Source: Candidatus Iainarchaeum sp. (lineage in GTDB: Archaea > Iainarchaeota > Iainarchaeia > Iainarchaeales > 0-14-0-20-34-12). From it: 8,387 bases of DNA. Below are positions 6,043 to 8,387 of this stretch, piece after piece. The position numbers and the translations under genes are program-made. Each line of letters begins with the position of its first letter. Within the stretch, counting starts at the first letter, position 1. Below the pieces are notes generated by a model. That model was not told where the DNA came from, made no database searches, and saw only the letters and a list, made by a program, of their open reading frames with translations. Location: assembly GCA_030649345.1 (NCBI GenBank), contig JAUSKK010000013.1, forward strand, positions 1 through 8,387, written 5' to 3'.

Positions 6043-7115
6043 ATAAATTGCGTGAAAAAATTGATGAAATTGATTCGGACCTAATAAAATTACTTGGAAC
6101 TCGTGCTCAGGTAAGCAAAGAAATTCTGAAAATAAAACAAAAGAAAAAATTAACTGTTTTAGATCCTGTTCGAGAAAAAAAGGTAATTCAACATTGCATT
6201 ACCTTGGCTAAAAAAGAAGGGATTGAAGAAGAAGTAATTTTGCCAGTGATTCAACAAATCTTGAATTTATCTAAATCAATTCAAAAACCAAAGATAACTG
6301 TTGTAGCTATTCAAGGAAAGCAAGGTAGTTTTAGTGCTTTATTGGCTAGTAAACTTTTCATTAAAACAAAGTTATTGGAAGAAGAACAATTTGAAGAAGT
6401 AGTTGAATATGTAGAAAAAAATATTGCTGAATTTGGAATATTGCCAGTTGAAAATTCAACGACTGGCAGAATTCAAGGAAATATTGAATTATTGGTAAAT
6501 GCGAATATTGCAATTACTCAAGAAGTAGTATTGCCTGTGAATCATTGTTTGATTGCTAAAGGAAAATTGTCTTTAAATCAAATAAAACAAGTATACGCGC
6601 ATCCGCAAGCATTGTTTCAATGTAAGAATTTTTTGAAAAAATTAAAAAATGCTGAAATTATTGCATTTAATGATGGTGCGGCTGCTGTAAAAAAATTGGA
6701 AAAAAAAGGTACTGCTTTGATTGCCAGCAAAGATATTGTTCGACATCACAAAGTTGCAATTGTTCAAGAAAGCATTCAAGATTCTGCTGTAAACCAAACA
6801 AAGTTTTTTGTTGTCCAAAACAGTAAAAATATGAGCTTAATTGGCACTAAAACAACTATTTTGTTTACAGTGTCTCATAAAACAGGTGCTTTGATGCGTG
6901 TTTTGAATGTATTTGCTCAACATAAAATAAATTTGATGAAATTGGAGTCTATTCCTTTAACTGGAATGCCTTGGGAGTATTTATTTTGGGTTGACTTGGA
7001 AGGAGATTTGACTAATAAAAATATTGCAAATGGAATAAAATTAGCAAAACAAAATTGTGGGATTTTGAAAATATTGGGAAGTTATAAAACACTTAAATTG
7101 GAAAATGAGGTATAA
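6030..7115 (+). CDS. pheA: Bifunctional chorismate mutase (AroQ type) / prephenate dehydratase with C-terminal ACT domain (P-protein)
   Basis: N-terminal LREKIDEIDSDLIKLL...R...K...DPVRE (AroQ). PDT core VAIQGKQGSFS, LPVENSTTG, VYAHPQAL, NQTKFFVV. ACT region GALMRVL...ESIP...YLFWVDLEG. SD GGTGA at 6019-6023. 13-nt overlap with aroA. Confidence 0.92.
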   Translation: MQELNKLREKIDEIDSDLIKLLGTRAQVSKEILKIKQKKKLTVLDPVREKKVIQHCITLAKKEGIEEEVILPVIQQILNLSKSIQKPKITVVAIQGKQGSFSALLASKLFIKTKLLEEEQFEEVVEYVEKNIAEFGILPVENSTTGRIQGNIELLVNANIAITQEVVLPVNHCLIAKGKLSLNQIKQVYAHPQALFQCKNFLKKLKNAEIIAFNDGAAAVKKLEKKGTALIASKDIVRHHKVAIVQESIQDSAVNQTKFFVVQNSKNMSLIGTKTTILFTVSHKTGALMRVLNVFAQHKINLMKLESIPLTGMPWEYLFWVDLEGDLTNKNIANGIKLAKQNCGILKILGSYKTLKLENEV

Positions 7116-7117
7116 AA

Positions 7118-7852
7118 ATGGAAATTGGAATTATTGGATTTGGGCGATTGGGCCAATTGCTGGCAAAACATTTAGCTAAACGCAATACTGTTTTTGTTAA
7201 TGATCGCAAAAATAAAAAAAGTTTAGTTCGCAAACTAAATGTGACTCAAGTGTCTGTTCAAGAATGTGCTAAAAAAGAAATGGTTTTGCTTTGCGTGCCT
7301 ATATCTCAACTAGAGTTTGTTTTGCAAAAATGTAAAAATTATTTTAAAGCCGGTTCTTTAATTATGGATACGTGTACTGTGAAACAATTTCCTTGTGCAG
7401 TTATGAAAAAAGAAATTCCAAAAAACTGTGAGATTGTAGGAACTCATCCTTTGTTCGGACCGGACAGTGCAAAAACAACTTTGAAAAACCATTCGATTGT
7501 TTTATGTCCTGTGCGAATTAAAAAAATTAAAAAAGTTAAATTGTTTTTTGAAAGACTTGGGCTTAAAGTGATTATTGCGAGTCCTAGAAAACACGATCAA
7601 GATATGGCCCGATCTGTTTGTTTGCTGCATTTTTTAGGAAAGGCTTTGAAAAAATTAAATCTAAAAAAAGTTCAATTAAGCACGCCTACGCATCAAGATT
7701 TAATTAAACTACTTTCTATTGTAGAAAATGATTCCAATCAATTGTTTCAAGATATGCATGTTTTTAATTTATTCTCTAAAAAAATTCGACAAAATTTGAT
7801 GAATGAACTCCGAATTCTTGATCAAACTTTGAATACAAAGGTGATTTCATGA
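7118..7852 (+). CDS. tyrA: Prephenate (or arogenate) dehydrogenase, short form without ACT domain
   Basis: N-terminal Rossmann IGIIGFGRLG and the TyrA-type motif GTHPLFGP. SD GAGGT at 7107-7111. Substrate preference cannot be read from the sequence. Confidence 0.82.
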   Translation: MEIGIIGFGRLGQLLAKHLAKRNTVFVNDRKNKKSLVRKLNVTQVSVQECAKKEMVLLCVPISQLEFVLQKCKNYFKAGSLIMDTCTVKQFPCAVMKKEIPKNCEIVGTHPLFGPDSAKTTLKNHSIVLCPVRIKKIKKVKLFFERLGLKVIIASPRKHDQDMARSVCLLHFLGKALKKLNLKKVQLSTPTHQDLIKLLSIVENDSNQLFQDMHVFNLFSKKIRQNLMNELRILDQTLNTKVIS

Positions 7853-8387
7853 CTTTTTCGTTTGGAACTTGTTTGAAAATGAAGTTATTTGGAGAAAGTC
7901 ATGGGCCTTGTGTTGGAGTAACGATTGAAGGTTTTCCTGTTGGTATTAAAATTAAGTTAGATCAAATACAAACTGAATTGGATAAACGCAAGCCAGGACA
8001 AAGTTTGTTGACTACCCAACGAAAAGAGCTAGACCAACTTGAAGTGCAAAGTGGTTTGTTTGAAAATAAAAGTACTGGTTCACCCATTACTATGTTAGTC
8101 AAAAATCAGGATAACATTTCAGCTCACTACGATGAACTAAAAATTACGCCTAGACCTGGACATGCTGATTTTCCTGCTCAAGTAAAATACAATGGATTAA
8201 ACGATCATAGGGGTGGAGGAATTTTTTCAGGTAGAATGACTGCAGGAATAGTCATGGCTGGAGCTTTAGCTAAACAATTACCCGAAATGCAAGGAATTCA
8301 AATAACTACTTACATAAAACAAATTGGATCCATTCGATCTGAAAACAATCAAGGGCTTACGCTGGAAATGGAAAAATTAATTTTGAA
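7849..8387 (+). CDS. aroC: Chorismate synthase, 5' portion (continues past the window end)
   Basis: Not in the ORF track. Hand translation from ATG 7849 (ATGA overlap with the tyrA stop, SD AAGGTGA at 7838-7844): MTFSFGTCLKMKLFGESHGPCVGVTIEG...RKPGQS...RPGHADF...HRGGGIFSGRMTAG. GESHG and RPGHAD are chorismate synthase signatures. No stop through 8387. Confidence 0.92.
   Translation, partial: MTFSFGTCLKMKLFGESHGPCVGVTIEGFPVGIKIKLDQIQTELDKRKPGQSLLTTQRKELDQLEVQSGLFENKSTGSPITMLVKNQDNISAHYDELKITPRPGHADFPAQVKYNGLNDHRGGGIFSGRMTAGIVMAGALAKQLPEMQGIQITTYIKQIGSIRSENNQGLTLEMEKLIL

Overview
AT-rich window (about one third GC by eye, standard genetic code) filled by one tightly packed plus-strand operon for chorismate, Phe and Tyr biosynthesis. 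Steps 1-2 are the archaeal-type route from aspartate semialdehyde: ADH synthase (DhnA-family aldolase) and 3-dehydroquinate synthase II. No DAHP synthase or classical AroB is present. Gene order: catalytic-domain-only aspartokinase-like gene, ADH synthase, DHQ synthase II, a fused P-loop shikimate kinase + type I dehydroquinase, shikimate dehydrogenase, EPSP synthase, chorismate mutase/prephenate dehydratase, prephenate dehydrogenase, and chorismate synthase (cut by the 3' edge; absent from the ORF track, translated by hand). Most genes abut or overlap by 4-13 nt and carry GGAGG/GGTGA-type Shine-Dalgarno sites. Three points deserve a second look. (a) An aspartokinase with no ACT regulatory domains sits at the head of an operon whose first committed enzyme consumes aspartate semialdehyde. 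(b) The 324-nt leader holds two small ORFs missing from the track. One ends in FVSFSNRFFSYWF-stop. The other is a 47-codon ORF with the best SD in the region that overlaps the SD-less TTG start of the aspartokinase gene. (c) The shikimate kinase/dehydroquinase fusion. No rRNA, tRNA, CRISPR or mobile element was seen. Host cannot be assigned from the sequence (archaeon, or a bacterium using the ADH pathway). All functional calls rest on remembered family motifs and gene context, not on searches.
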